The notes below the pieces were generated by a model. That model made no database searches and had not been told where the DNA came from. It saw only the letters and a program-made list of their open reading frames with translations. Shown piece by piece: positions 27,302 through 37,001 of a stretch of 64,000 bases of DNA. The DNA is from a virus. The stretch spans positions 34,590-98,589 of the IMG/VR virus record IMGVR_UViG_3300003322_000423, one strand, 5' to 3'. A program made the translations under genes and the position numbers. Each line of letters starts with the position of its first letter. Positions within the stretch are counted from its first letter, which is position 1.

Positions 27302-27529
27302 TCAGAGAGACTTAGCCAACTTGCGGGCTTCCTCTAGCAGATCCACCTGTCGCTGACGGCGGTTGTCCACGTAGATCTCGCTCAGTACGGCCTCAAGTCG
27401 CTTGACCTTGGTGGCTCGGATAACCTTCCAGCCGTCCTTGGTCAAAGCCTTACGGACCTTGTCAGCCACGGCCTTGGTAGGACCCGAGGTGATGGCGGAT
27501 GCAATGCTGGTGGTGGGTGTCTTAGACAC
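27302..27529 (-). CDS. hypothetical protein
   Basis: AGGAG RBS; upstream TTGAAC-17-TAATCT. Confidence 0.65.
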   Translation of the reverse strand: MSKTPTTSIASAITSGPTKAVADKVRKALTKDGWKVIRATKVKRLEAVLSEIYVDNRRQRQVDLLEEARKLAKSL

Positions 27530-27609
27530 TACCGACTCCTAATTAGTTTGATTAGCAGTGATCAAGTAGGTATAGATTAAGGATGTTTGACAGAAAGTTC
27601 AAGAGGGGG

Positions 27610-28371
27610 TCATGAGATGCCTGTCACATCGATACCGGCAAGGCGATGCCTGCCTCTACCGTACTTAGCACATCCCCGGCACTGAAAACGCTGATACACA
27701 CCTGTGGTGGTGTATGCCTTTCCATCGGGACGCAGATCAGTTCCCCCACAGTTTCCACAAGCGTCTAGGTCGCCCGTGTAAAGACCGAGGTGGGGGTGGG
27801 GTTGAATCCAGGGTAACAGTTTATCATAAAGTTTTTCCGTCAATACCACATCTTGCTTGTTGTATTGGCGCATCAACTTCCACGCGGAAGCTTTACCTGC
27901 CATACAATCCAGCCAGAGCTGGAATCCGTTATGACTGGTTTTACCACCTAATCCCAACTCACTGGCCACGTGGTCAAGTTTGTTGCTGGCGAACTTGAAG
28001 TTTTTACGGGCTACTTGAAGGAGATCAACTTGAGCATACGGCGCCGGAGGGTCCATATCCGCGAGAATGAATTCGCGATTAAGGTGTTTGACATCGAAAC
28101 TCTTAGAATTATAACCTACTACTATGTCAGCTTCAGAAAGAAGTTCATGTGCCGCACGTAACATGACAGGTTTACTGTCGTGATAAGTGGAATAGAACAA
28201 TACTTTCTTGTCCCCATGCCATTTGGCCGCGAATGAGATCATTTCCACAGGTTCTACCAACTGTGTAAGACCTATGGACTGATCAAACAACCCCCATGTA
28301 TATGCGAGGTTGGGCCGGTTTTCTATGTCCAGCGTCAGGATTCTCGGACCTGAATAACTTTTGGATTTCAC
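27610..28371 (-). CDS. RNase H-fold DEDD exonuclease with a C-terminal Zn ribbon
   Basis: LDIE, VGYNSKSFD, YNKQDV; CGNC..CRGC. Confidence 0.85.
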   Translation of the reverse strand: MKSKSYSGPRILTLDIENRPNLAYTWGLFDQSIGLTQLVEPVEMISFAAKWHGDKKVLFYSTYHDSKPVMLRAAHELLSEADIVVGYNSKSFDVKHLNREFILADMDPPAPYAQVDLLQVARKNFKFASNKLDHVASELGLGGKTSHNGFQLWLDCMAGKASAWKLMRQYNKQDVVLTEKLYDKLLPWIQPHPHLGLYTGDLDACGNCGGTDLRPDGKAYTTTGVYQRFQCRGCAKYGRGRHRLAGIDVTGIS

Positions 28372-28553
28372 GCTTTCTCGTCCTCCCAAAGATTGGGAGT
28401 GCTGAATTGCTTCTCCCACACCTCCGCCGGTTGGTGCATACAGGTGCAACCCTTACAACCCCAATGGGGGGATTGCCCGTGTTGTTCAGCCGAGCCGGAT
28501 TCATATGCTTCGCGGTTGCTGTCAGCCATATCGGCACAATGACTACATATCAT
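28368..28553 (-). CDS. small Cys/His-rich protein
   Basis: MICSHC...H..CKGCTCMH. Confidence 0.6.
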   Translation of the reverse strand: MICSHCADMADSNREAYESGSAEQHGQSPHWGCKGCTCMHQPAEVWEKQFSTPNLWEDEKA

Positions 28554-28648
28554 TTTCGACGTCCTCTTCTGCACATAGATCACAGTCGGGGTACAACCTT
28601 CTGTGCCATTCGTCGGCTGTCTCCCCACCTACCGCAGAGAGGTTTTTC

Positions 28649-31180
28649 TCACTGGAAGTCCCAGGTTGTGTAATCTCGGGTTGGGTCATAACCGCCCTTT
28701 TCCTCATCACACGCGTAGGCGTAATCCGGACCAATACCTGTGTCCACGAAGAACGGAGTGTCCGTCTCGACAGGAACGTCTGTCATGACTTCTTCAATCA
28801 GCTTCACAGCCTCATGAACCTTGTCCTTGTGGATAGAGAAAACAATAGAGTCGTGAACCGTGAGGAGCACGCGGCCATAATTCTTCTCTCTGAGCATCTT
28901 AGTCAACAAAATCACTCTTGTCAAGCAGATGTCAGATCCAGTGGACTGACTCTTGAAGTTGGTGGCCTGATTCTCCACCTTCCAGAGGTTGTCAGCGGTG
29001 ATGAGACTCCAGCGACGCTTACGGCCGAATTCTGTGGTCAGTACGCCGGTCCGTACGGCTTCCTGCTTCCACCCTTCCTTGACCTCATTCCAGACCTTGT
29101 AGCGGTTCCAGAAAGCGTCCAGCATCTCTTGGGCCTTCTCCTTACCACCACCGATTGTTTTACGGATGTCTGGATTCTTGGAGAGTTTGCCCGCTTTGAT
29201 GTTGTAACCGGAAGCCAGTACCACCGGCTTAACTGCCTTACGTTCCTCCGCTGTGACCTCTTCGTACGCCTTTCGGAAGATGTCCTGCGCAGTAGCTTTA
29301 TAGATGTCGCGCGTTGTGAGGTCTTCAAGAAGCTGTGCATCCTTAGTGAGGTGATGCGTGACGAACATTTCAAGAGCCTTATAGTCGGAGTTGACGATAA
29401 GGTCCCCGTCGTCCGGCAGGAACATTCGCTTTACGTATTTGGCACGCTTGGAGCGACTGGGCACGGTCTGAAGCGCCGGAGATTTCATGGACAGACGGCC
29501 TGATACGGTTCCTGCTACGAAAATGTCCGGATGAACCCGGCCATCCTCCCACAGAAATCCCTGCATACCTTCAACGAAATTTCTTTGAAGATAATCAAGC
29601 TCGCGATAAGCAACAACCAGGTCCGTGAACGGGTGACCCGCATTGATCTCCCAGAATTGTTTGTCACACTGGCGAGGTTTAAATGTAGGAATCATCCGGA
29701 ACATGTCGTGACAGATGTGTGCCATCTGTGTGGACGACCGGACATTCAGGGTGTTGTCCACTTCACGGATATAGCGCTTAGATTTACAAGTTTCGCACTT
29801 GGTGAGGAGTCCATGTGCCTCTCGCAAATACTTAGCATATGATGTGACCCTGAGTTCGTCCAGGTGTGGACGCAACCGCACAGGTACGCAGTCACAGATA
29901 CGTCTGACGATCTGGTTCTTAGTAACTTTAGGATCTTCTGGGAATCCTTTTTGTCTTGCGTATTCCTGAACTTCTTCAATCGCATTGTCAATGAGCGGAC
30001 GCCACTCAGCAGCCAATTGCTGAGTGTACAGCATATCGATACGAATTCCTTCATACTCGATTTCAGCGAACGTCCGTTGCGCCGGTAAAAGGATATCTCG
30101 AACGAGTACCGACGTCCCTTCCCGTTCGACGCGTGCAGGTAATACGGTGCTGAGTTGATATGTGTAGTAAACGTCAAGGCACCCATACTCAGCGAGTACG
30201 TCTGGACAAATGTGTCCGTAGTTGATTTTCTTTTTGTCACTGGACAACCACACTTTGAGTTCTTCGTCCCAGAAGGGCGCGTTGCAGTACTGCCGGGCCA
30301 CGTACTTCAAAGAGGTCTGGTTGGCCTTCTCCGTGAGCCCCAGGGCCATGCACATGGTGTCCACGTCTCGGTCACCTAGGTCTACCCCGAGCCAGTGACG
30401 TAACATCTTGCGGTCGTGCTTGGTGTTGTGGAGAATCCAGCGCGCTTTCCTGTGATTGAGAAAGCGCTCCCACAAAGTGCGGATTCGTTCGATGACACCC
30501 CAGTTGAAAGCCCAGGCTTTGTTTTCACGGGGGTCGTAAATCTGAATCATGGTGAGAGGCTGAAAGTGATTCAGATTGTAGGACTCGGTGTCTATGGCGT
30601 ATGTCTGGGGACCGTTCTCGGGGTTGTCCAGACGGCTCAGCCACATTGTCAGCACCTCGTGGGCACGGCTGACTTCATCCTGAGTGGCTTCGAAATAGCC
30701 TGTCCAGACTACCGGGTTGTACCCGTCTCGCCAGTCCCACCCTTCACCATTATGCCCGATGAATTCCCATTCGAAATCCGGGCCGTTCTTGGGTGGGTAA
30801 GCCAGTAGACCAGTAGCAAGATCCACAGCACGCCGGATGTGAGCATAAGTGAGGTCAAAATCATCGTACTTCTCCTGATAAATGCCATTTGGGTGTGGCG
30901 TTGGAAGTACCCAGAGACCTAGCTCTTCATTCCATGTCAAACAGCCTGCGTATTCTTTGAGATCTCGCTTGACGTTGCAAAGTTTACGCATGGCGTCCGT
31001 GCCCATGGCGACAACTAGGTCACCATCAAAAACCCCGCGCAATTGCTCGGGGTCTGTGATGTGGGCATAGAGTACGTTGTCCTCAGGGAATCCTGCTTCT
31101 TTGAGTACAGCCTCAAGAATTCCTAAGACTTCCTCGGTGCACTGTGTCTTACCGAGATCAACCAGACATATCTTATTCAT
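28649..31180 (-). CDS. polA: family A DNA polymerase with UDG-like N-terminal domain and 3'-5' exonuclease
   Basis: AIDTES, HNTKHD; TVSGRLS; DYKALE; VHDS; N-terminal VVAMG..A...VLPTPHP. Confidence 0.93.
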   Translation of the reverse strand: MNKICLVDLGKTQCTEEVLGILEAVLKEAGFPEDNVLYAHITDPEQLRGVFDGDLVVAMGTDAMRKLCNVKRDLKEYAGCLTWNEELGLWVLPTPHPNGIYQEKYDDFDLTYAHIRRAVDLATGLLAYPPKNGPDFEWEFIGHNGEGWDWRDGYNPVVWTGYFEATQDEVSRAHEVLTMWLSRLDNPENGPQTYAIDTESYNLNHFQPLTMIQIYDPRENKAWAFNWGVIERIRTLWERFLNHRKARWILHNTKHDRKMLRHWLGVDLGDRDVDTMCMALGLTEKANQTSLKYVARQYCNAPFWDEELKVWLSSDKKKINYGHICPDVLAEYGCLDVYYTYQLSTVLPARVEREGTSVLVRDILLPAQRTFAEIEYEGIRIDMLYTQQLAAEWRPLIDNAIEEVQEYARQKGFPEDPKVTKNQIVRRICDCVPVRLRPHLDELRVTSYAKYLREAHGLLTKCETCKSKRYIREVDNTLNVRSSTQMAHICHDMFRMIPTFKPRQCDKQFWEINAGHPFTDLVVAYRELDYLQRNFVEGMQGFLWEDGRVHPDIFVAGTVSGRLSMKSPALQTVPSRSKRAKYVKRMFLPDDGDLIVNSDYKALEMFVTHHLTKDAQLLEDLTTRDIYKATAQDIFRKAYEEVTAEERKAVKPVVLASGYNIKAGKLSKNPDIRKTIGGGKEKAQEMLDAFWNRYKVWNEVKEGWKQEAVRTGVLTTEFGRKRRWSLITADNLWKVENQATNFKSQSTGSDICLTRVILLTKMLREKNYGRVLLTVHDSIVFSIHKDKVHEAVKLIEEVMTDVPVETDTPFFVDTGIGPDYAYACDEEKGGYDPTRDYTTWDFQ

Positions 31181-31261
31181 GGTACTTGTCAATCATGTGG
31201 ACAACAACGGCGTACACAAGACCCCCTATTGTGACAACTGCGCCTAGGGTTAACCATCCCA

Positions 31262-31519
31262 TCACTTACTCCAGTCATCCAATAGGTTCCTGGCGAAGTT
31301 ACGCACATCGCCGGAAACGGTGCCGAATTCAGCATTGGCTACATCGTGAAGAATACTGTAAACGTAATTACATGACTGACTGCAATAGGACCATGTATTC
31401 ATGAGATCTTGTGCGTAGCCATCTATTACAAGTTGTCGAATCTCTTCACGGGCTCTACGTTCATTTTCATCTATTGTCTCCGCTTCCACCCAGGACTCCA
31501 CGTGCCTGCCTACTTTCAA
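31262..31519 (-). CDS. hypothetical protein
   Basis: Packed ORF. Confidence 0.5.
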   Translation of the reverse strand: MKVGRHVESWVEAETIDENERRAREEIRQLVIDGYAQDLMNTWSYCSQSCNYVYSILHDVANAEFGTVSGDVRNFARNLLDDWSK

Positions 31520-31790
31520 GTTTGTTGAGGTTGTTCTGAGCTAGTATGTCAAGGCTGAGGCCAAACTCTGTGGCAAGAGCCCCACAGTACCAGAGAACGT
31601 CTGCTATCTCAGCGCCTATGTCTGATCTGAGATCGTCTTTTGTTTTGCCATCGCGCTGCATCTTCTTGACCTTATTAGCTATTTCCCCAGCTTCCCCTAC
31701 GAGACCCAGGGTTGCATATTCCGGGTTGTTCAGCCTGTACGGATAGATGGCGAACTCAAATGCCCTGCGCTGGTAGTCGTCAAGATCCAT
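31467..31790 (-). CDS. MazG-like NTP pyrophosphohydrolase
   Basis: LGLVGEAGE.ANKVKK..EIADVLWY..N..KL..R..GSGDNR. Confidence 0.9.
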   Translation of the reverse strand: MDLDDYQRRAFEFAIYPYRLNNPEYATLGLVGEAGEIANKVKKMQRDGKTKDDLRSDIGAEIADVLWYCGALATEFGLSLDILAQNNLNKLESRQARGVLGGSGDNR

Positions 31791-31806
31791 AAGATATCCA
31801 CATATT

Positions 31807-32265
31807 CTAGCCTCTCCATTCATCTAGGTACTTAATAGCAGCACCGTACCAGCTATCCATTTCTAGATGACCTAACTGCACGTTACAGCCTCGGCATAAC
31901 AATGATCTCACCTTACCTGTAGCATGGCAATGGTCTATATCTGTGGCTTCTTTCACACATGACTCTATAGCACATTGCCCATCTTGATCAAAATACATGG
32001 CATCAAACTCAGATTCAGTTAAATCATATGTTTTAAGTAAATACCCACCTCTACCTCCGGGTGTCTTTAAACAATCTGTACACCATTTGCGAGTACCGTT
32101 TACAGTAAACACACAACCGCAATGAGGACACTCTTTTAAACGACCCAGTGGGTTGCCCCATTTATACCATAAAGCCAGGTGGGTTACACACCAGCCTCTA
32201 GCTCTGACAAAACGAGGACAACCCTTTATAGAGCAAGGGTTATAAATTTGTGTCATTTGTTCCAC
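31807..32265 (-). CDS. endonuclease VII-domain protein
   Basis: Q.G.CAI..IDHCHATGKVR.LLC..CN..LG. Confidence 0.85.
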   Translation of the reverse strand: MEQMTQIYNPCSIKGCPRFVRARGWCVTHLALWYKWGNPLGRLKECPHCGCVFTVNGTRKWCTDCLKTPGGRGGYLLKTYDLTESEFDAMYFDQDGQCAIESCVKEATDIDHCHATGKVRSLLCRGCNVQLGHLEMDSWYGAAIKYLDEWRG

Positions 32266-32663
32266 AAGTTAGATAGATCGTCCCATTCAGTGCCTTCAAA
32301 CTCGATTAACGCAAGGGCATTAAAAATTACTGCACTTATATGGTCCTCATCCCGATCACCACTGCGATACTGCTCCACATGACGCAGAAGAGATGCCATG
32401 TATCTAGAACTTGGCATACCTTTACGCCAGTTGTGGTCATCGTATTTTTCTGCACCACGTCCGTACAGCTCTGCGACACGCTTTAAACCCTTAGGGGGTA
32501 TGAGGTCATACCGAGGCTTCCCGTCTTGAGTGTCCCGTACAGCCCCGGACTCGAACTCCTGGCGCTTACCACTGTCCTTAGTTACAAAGTTGACTGTCTC
32601 AACAATATCGCACTTGTCGCAATACTCCCGCTCTGTGCAATTGCAGAATTCCCCTGTTTTCAT
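32253..32663 (-). CDS. dATP/dGTP diphosphohydrolase-like protein (DUF5664)
   Basis: GAVRD...KPRYDLIP..GAEKY...NWRKG..RH..EDH. Confidence 0.85.
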   Translation of the reverse strand: MKTGEFCNCTEREYCDKCDIVETVNFVTKDSGKRQEFESGAVRDTQDGKPRYDLIPPKGLKRVAELYGRGAEKYDDHNWRKGMPSSRYMASLLRHVEQYRSGDRDEDHISAVIFNALALIEFEGTEWDDLSNLWNK

Positions 32664-33139
32664 TCCCACCACACCCGCCCTGTAGGGTTGACCGTAATGT
32701 ATCGATAGTATGGACCCATATTGCCCGCAGGCGGCTGAAATTCAGGGAACGTAAGATACTTTTTCACATGTACCTCTACTTCAGGCGTAAGCCTGTCAAC
32801 AAACCGTTGCTCTTCCTGTACAGGTGGCCATTTACGCGATACCCATCCGAAGAGCTTACTGTCTCGATGGTTGTGCTTCCATAGCTGCCATGCGCTGGTC
32901 CATACAGGTATCGTACGGTCATACATGTGTACAGCTTTGACTTTGACAGTTTCGTCGGCCAGCTTGTCAGCCCATAAGTCTTTATGGAATTGAAACGCCA
33001 CACCGGCACCGAAATGGTACAGACTGTCTGTTACCTGTTCAACTTCAATACCCCGGACAACCTCTTCCGGAAGATACTGTTGCATACCTACACGAATTGC
33101 CTCAAGAGTATGTGTTTGATACTGATTGTATAAGCTCAC
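32660..33139 (-). CDS. hypothetical protein
   Basis: Coupled ORF. Confidence 0.6.
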   Translation of the reverse strand: MSLYNQYQTHTLEAIRVGMQQYLPEEVVRGIEVEQVTDSLYHFGAGVAFQFHKDLWADKLADETVKVKAVHMYDRTIPVWTSAWQLWKHNHRDSKLFGWVSRKWPPVQEEQRFVDRLTPEVEVHVKKYLTFPEFQPPAGNMGPYYRYITVNPTGRVWWE

Positions 33140-33831
33140 GGGGCCACTCTGCCATTATCATCGAAAGCTTTGAAGGCTAGGGGAAAATTAGGTCTTGCTA
33201 GAGCTTCCATTTCTTCAGCCACCATCTGAATCTCTGCCAGAGGGAATGTCGGCACGGTACTAAGCGGGTGTGCCCACCGAAGAGAAAGGAAGGAAAACAA
33301 AGATCGCAAGTTGCATGTAGCGTACATCGTCTTGTAAATAGAGACCGGAAGATGGTCACGGGCCACCTCTCGGGCAATACCATCCTGAAGCGATTCCCGG
33401 TACATAGCCCAATCGAATCGAGCCGTACGCCTGTGGCGTTCCTGTTCACGCTCTATCTGCTCTGGAGACCCTAGTTCAAACGTGTACGAGCCGGGTTTGC
33501 CAGTTTGACGGAGGTTGCGACTTTGTCCAGGCACGTAGAACACAGGGTCCAGTTCACGGTAACGTGCGGATTCTTCGTTATAAGACCAACCAACGCGGTG
33601 CCTGTGAAATTCGTAAAAAACGAAGAGTGGTGCGGACACGCGGAAAGTAAACGAGTTGTGCTCAAATGGGGTTCCATGCCTGTCCCTCATAAGGAAGTTG
33701 ATAAGTCCGGGCACACGGTCGATTGATCGCTGTCCTGTATTGGGGAGGCCACCACCACCATAGTTGGATACCCAGGCAGCCTCTGCAATTCGTACGTCGT
33801 CCCCCATGATTTCGATTAGCTCGACATCCAT
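33136..33831 (-). CDS. thyX: FAD-dependent thymidylate synthase
   Basis: HGTPFEH, RHRVGWSYNEESARY, NLRSL..FL.LR. Confidence 0.93.
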   Translation of the reverse strand: MDVELIEIMGDDVRIAEAAWVSNYGGGGLPNTGQRSIDRVPGLINFLMRDRHGTPFEHNSFTFRVSAPLFVFYEFHRHRVGWSYNEESARYRELDPVFYVPGQSRNLRQTGKPGSYTFELGSPEQIEREQERHRRTARFDWAMYRESLQDGIAREVARDHLPVSIYKTMYATCNLRSLFSFLSLRWAHPLSTVPTFPLAEIQMVAEEMEALARPNFPLAFKAFDDNGRVAP

Positions 33832-34131
33832 GTCTGACTTAAACTGTATCTGCTCGGAAATCGTATTCTCCCTTGTACACTGCCACTAACTTGAGGCCGA
33901 CTTTCTTCCACCCTATGATCTCAGGTTCAATCTCTGCCTGAGGTAATCGAGATATAAGCTCTTCCCGAGTCGGCGGAAAAATGCCTTGCTCTCTGCGTCT
34001 TTGTAAAGCTCTCTGAGCCACATATCGGCTGTGTGCTGTCTTGCATCCACAAGCGTCAGCTTCTTTGTGCGTACCCTGTCGTCTGTGTCTCTGATAGCCT
34101 CGCTCTTCCCCGTGCGGGAAACTGTCGGCTG

Positions 34132-34961
34132 TCAGTGGCTACCCCGAAGCTTGCGAAGCCATGTAGAGATACGTTCGCGAAGTCTCTGACGCTTGGGTGT
34201 CAGATTCTTCAGCATTTCGTGCATGTCTTCATCGGTGTAGCCGGTTTTGGTCCGGACACTTTCATTCACGAAACCGACCGTGTAAACCTCATGATCCGGA
34301 TTAGGTGGCGCAATGTTGACTATCGTACCACCGTTAACGTCAAGAAATGCAGGTGGCTTACGTGAGCCCTCACACTCTCCGAAAAGAGTGTGGGTGTATA
34401 TAAGACCCTTAGGGGTCAGACGGCGTCTCTGACCACATACAGAGCATTTGCCCATAGGTGCACTCAACGTACCCTCCGAATTGAATCAGGATGCTCTACC
34501 GCATCCATATAGAACTTTTCTAGAAGCGCCTGGAACTTGTCAAACTTGGCTTCTGCTGCACGTATCTGCCTGTACAGTGACCCATTCATCTCAACAGCCA
34601 TGCCGTCAGACCGGGGTGTTGTGTACATCTCCATGCCGTACTCTTCAACGGTGAGCCAGACTCGCGGCACAAGTTACTCCCAATCTAAGGGGTTTCTAAG
34701 ATGTGCGAGAATAAAAGTAGCACCAGTCTTCAAGTCCTGGTCTCGCTGCCACATAGCCGAAGTTTCCGGATAATCACCCTGTTCGGCACCCCACGTAGAC
34801 ACATACCTCGAACCCAGATTCGCAAGAATCTGTGTATGCAAATCGAGCATATCAGGGAAAGACATACCGTTAGCATGCTTGAGGGCTAGATACCCCGCGA
34901 TTGCCTCGGGCGTTGTGAATTCGGGGATTTTGTCCACTCCGGATTCATCATCTTGCACCAC
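34132..34961 (-). other. three small hypothetical ORFs (34132-34467, 34464-34670, 34674-34961)
   Basis: Tightly packed, co-oriented ORFs. Confidence 0.55.
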
Positions 34962-35515
34962 GTGTCATTCACTTTCTGCTGATCTTCATCAGCTTGTCTG
35001 ATCCAACGCTCTTTGTCCGTGTGAATGCGTTTGAGAAAATCCTTTGTGGTTTCTGACTTTCCCCGCTTAGTGTAGCTCCAATTAGCCAGATCCACAAGAG
35101 CTGGCCAGTTGTCTACCGTATGAACCGTGTAGTGGTAGTGATAAAGGACTCTGGCATGTAAACGCCTCCACTGCTCGTTGTGGCCTTTTCCCACACCGAT
35201 GTAGCCATGGCACAGCTCGTGAAGGATTGTCGCCCGGAAACGGTCGGTTTCGTCAACCACATCAGGGTTGACCCATATATCAAATTCCATAGAGTTATTC
35301 GGACTGGGGTTGCAGGCGGCACGTAACAGCGACCCTTCCATTTCTAATGAACGAGTCACCTTGTCCCTGTAGTACTTTGGTAAGTCGTTCAGGTCTGAGG
35401 TGACTCGTCTGAGGGTGTTCCATGTATCCACTCGTCCGCCAGCCAGGATAGTAGCCCGTACAAGTGAATCGGCTTTTGTGAAGTCATCTTCTGGAAAGTC
35501 AAGGTTGTATCTCAA
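34886..35515 (-). CDS. SprT-like HExxH metalloprotein
   Basis: TILHELCH...GH...W. Confidence 0.7.
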   Translation of the reverse strand: MRYNLDFPEDDFTKADSLVRATILAGGRVDTWNTLRRVTSDLNDLPKYYRDKVTRSLEMEGSLLRAACNPSPNNSMEFDIWVNPDVVDETDRFRATILHELCHGYIGVGKGHNEQWRRLHARVLYHYHYTVHTVDNWPALVDLANWSYTKRGKSETTKDFLKRIHTDKERWIRQADEDQQKVNDTWCKMMNPEWTKSPNSQRPRQSRGI

Positions 35516-35827
35516 AGAGATCTGTCCAGTAGGTCTCGATATTCGCTATCGGATAGTAAGTCTGTCTCCCAGACTTCACTTTGCTTTCGGGTCCATACCC
35601 ACCTGACCAAATAAGAGAATCCTTTGTGGTCTGAAGCTGGATACCCCGATATCACAATTCCGATGTTGTCGTCATACCAGACAAAATCGTCCGTTTTGAA
35701 TTTCATACTTTGTCCACCACGTAGGGAACACCGGGCTTGATCACTTTGTGTAATTCAATTAGCTTATTGATGTTAGAGGGGTTGGCTTGGGAGGTCCAGG
35801 GGACGTACTCACGGCCATTCCATGTTT

Positions 35828-36361
35828 TTAAGATGTACATTCTCTCTTCTTAAGGTACTCCGCCCATCCTTCAGTATCACCCATCATCGAACGGCCTTTA
35901 TCGTACCTGTTATGACAACGCCCACACATCGGGGTATAGTCTTCCAGATCCTCATATTGGCCCGTCAGATTAGCCCACGCTTGGGCTCGTTCACCACAGA
36001 AACAACGGTATTCTTTAGCAGAGCCTTTAGTTTCATACAGGTGTCTGTGAAGAGTGTAGTATGAAGGAATAACAGGGGTTTTACGAATGGAAGTATTCTT
36101 TTTATTTGAATTGTTTTCCCCTAGTTGGGCACATGTTTTAGAACAAAATCGCCCTACGTACTTGTTATCTCTACGCGCAAGAAAGTCTTTGGTGCAGAGT
36201 TCGCATTTACGTAGCTCTAGAGGGTGTTTATGTTGAGGATCGGTAGCGTCATCGTATATAAACTGAGCCCTTGACTTACGCCTACACCCAGATAGGTGAG
36301 GGCCTCTACGACGTGGTTCTATTATCTCTACATTACATTCAGGGCATGTCCATGTATTCAC
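35828..36361 (-). CDS. HNH-like endonuclease
   Basis: Y..LH......GSA...C.CG...WAN...DY.PMC..CH..YD; preceded by TTGACA-18-TAGAGT-6 nt-GTG. Confidence 0.75.
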   Translation of the reverse strand: MNTWTCPECNVEIIEPRRRGPHLSGCRRKSRAQFIYDDATDPQHKHPLELRKCELCTKDFLARRDNKYVGRFCSKTCAQLGENNSNKKNTSIRKTPVIPSYYTLHRHLYETKGSAKEYRCFCGERAQAWANLTGQYEDLEDYTPMCGRCHNRYDKGRSMMGDTEGWAEYLKKRECTS

Positions 36362-36406
36362 ACTCTGACTCTAGCATATTCGCCACCTATATGTCAAGCA
36401 AACGGC

Positions 36407-36631
36407 TCACTGGCCTCCCTTCTGGATGTATCCCGCCACGAACTCCTCGGCGTTCTCCTCAAGTACATCGTCGATATCCGACATGAGGTCGTCGAGTTCG
36501 TCATCTATCTTGGCCAAAGTCTCTTCAACAGAAGCATCTAGTTCTTCGTTGCTAAGATCTTTGGCCTGTACTTCTTCAACTTCTTCGGTGGTCTTACTGG
36601 ATTGTTTACTTACCTTCTCTTGGTTACTCAT
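36407..36631 (-). CDS. pup: prokaryotic ubiquitin-like protein Pup
   Basis: Acidic 74 aa; DDLMSDIDDVLEENAEEFVAGYIQKGGQ C-terminus. Confidence 0.92.
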   Translation of the reverse strand: MSNQEKVSKQSSKTTEEVEEVQAKDLSNEELDASVEETLAKIDDELDDLMSDIDDVLEENAEEFVAGYIQKGGQ

Positions 36632-37001
36632 GTCCTAACTCCTTTAAGCGACTCAATACATTATCTATCTGGCCCTGTCGACGCTTTCCCATATGTGGGC
36701 GTACCAGCTTACACAAGGCCAATACGTCCTGTACTGCGGCGACTTGCCAGTGATAAGCGTCCTTACAATTTGGACGCTTATATTTGTAGACTGATACACT
36801 ACCGATACCCGTGGTGATATGTAAACGAGAAATCACGTCTTCGTCCGTCATGTTACATACCACCTTGGGCCTTAACTGGCCGCCGTGACTGGCCACATAG
36901 AAAGAGCCCTCACCTTCCAGTAGACCAACGACCCACATAAGGTCTATATCCTCTAAAGGTTTTAGCTCACACGGCTTAGGAGGTCTACCTTTATGGCTCA
37001 T
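36624..37001 (-). CDS. LAGLIDADG-type endonuclease
   Basis: WVVGLLEGEGSF, NMTD.DVI. Confidence 0.8.
   Translation of the reverse strand: MSHKGRPPKPCELKPLEDIDLMWVVGLLEGEGSFYVASHGGQLRPKVVCNMTDEDVISRLHITTGIGSVSVYKYKRPNCKDAYHWQVAAVQDVLALCKLVRPHMGKRRQGQIDNVLSRLKELGHE

Noticed and set aside
28505-29503. 332-aa plus-strand ORF
   Set aside because: Antisense shadow of polA with no recognisable motifs.
31467-32663. 2-aminoadenine (Z-genome) pathway
   Set aside because: MazG and DUF5664 are widespread in phages and no PurZ is present in the window.
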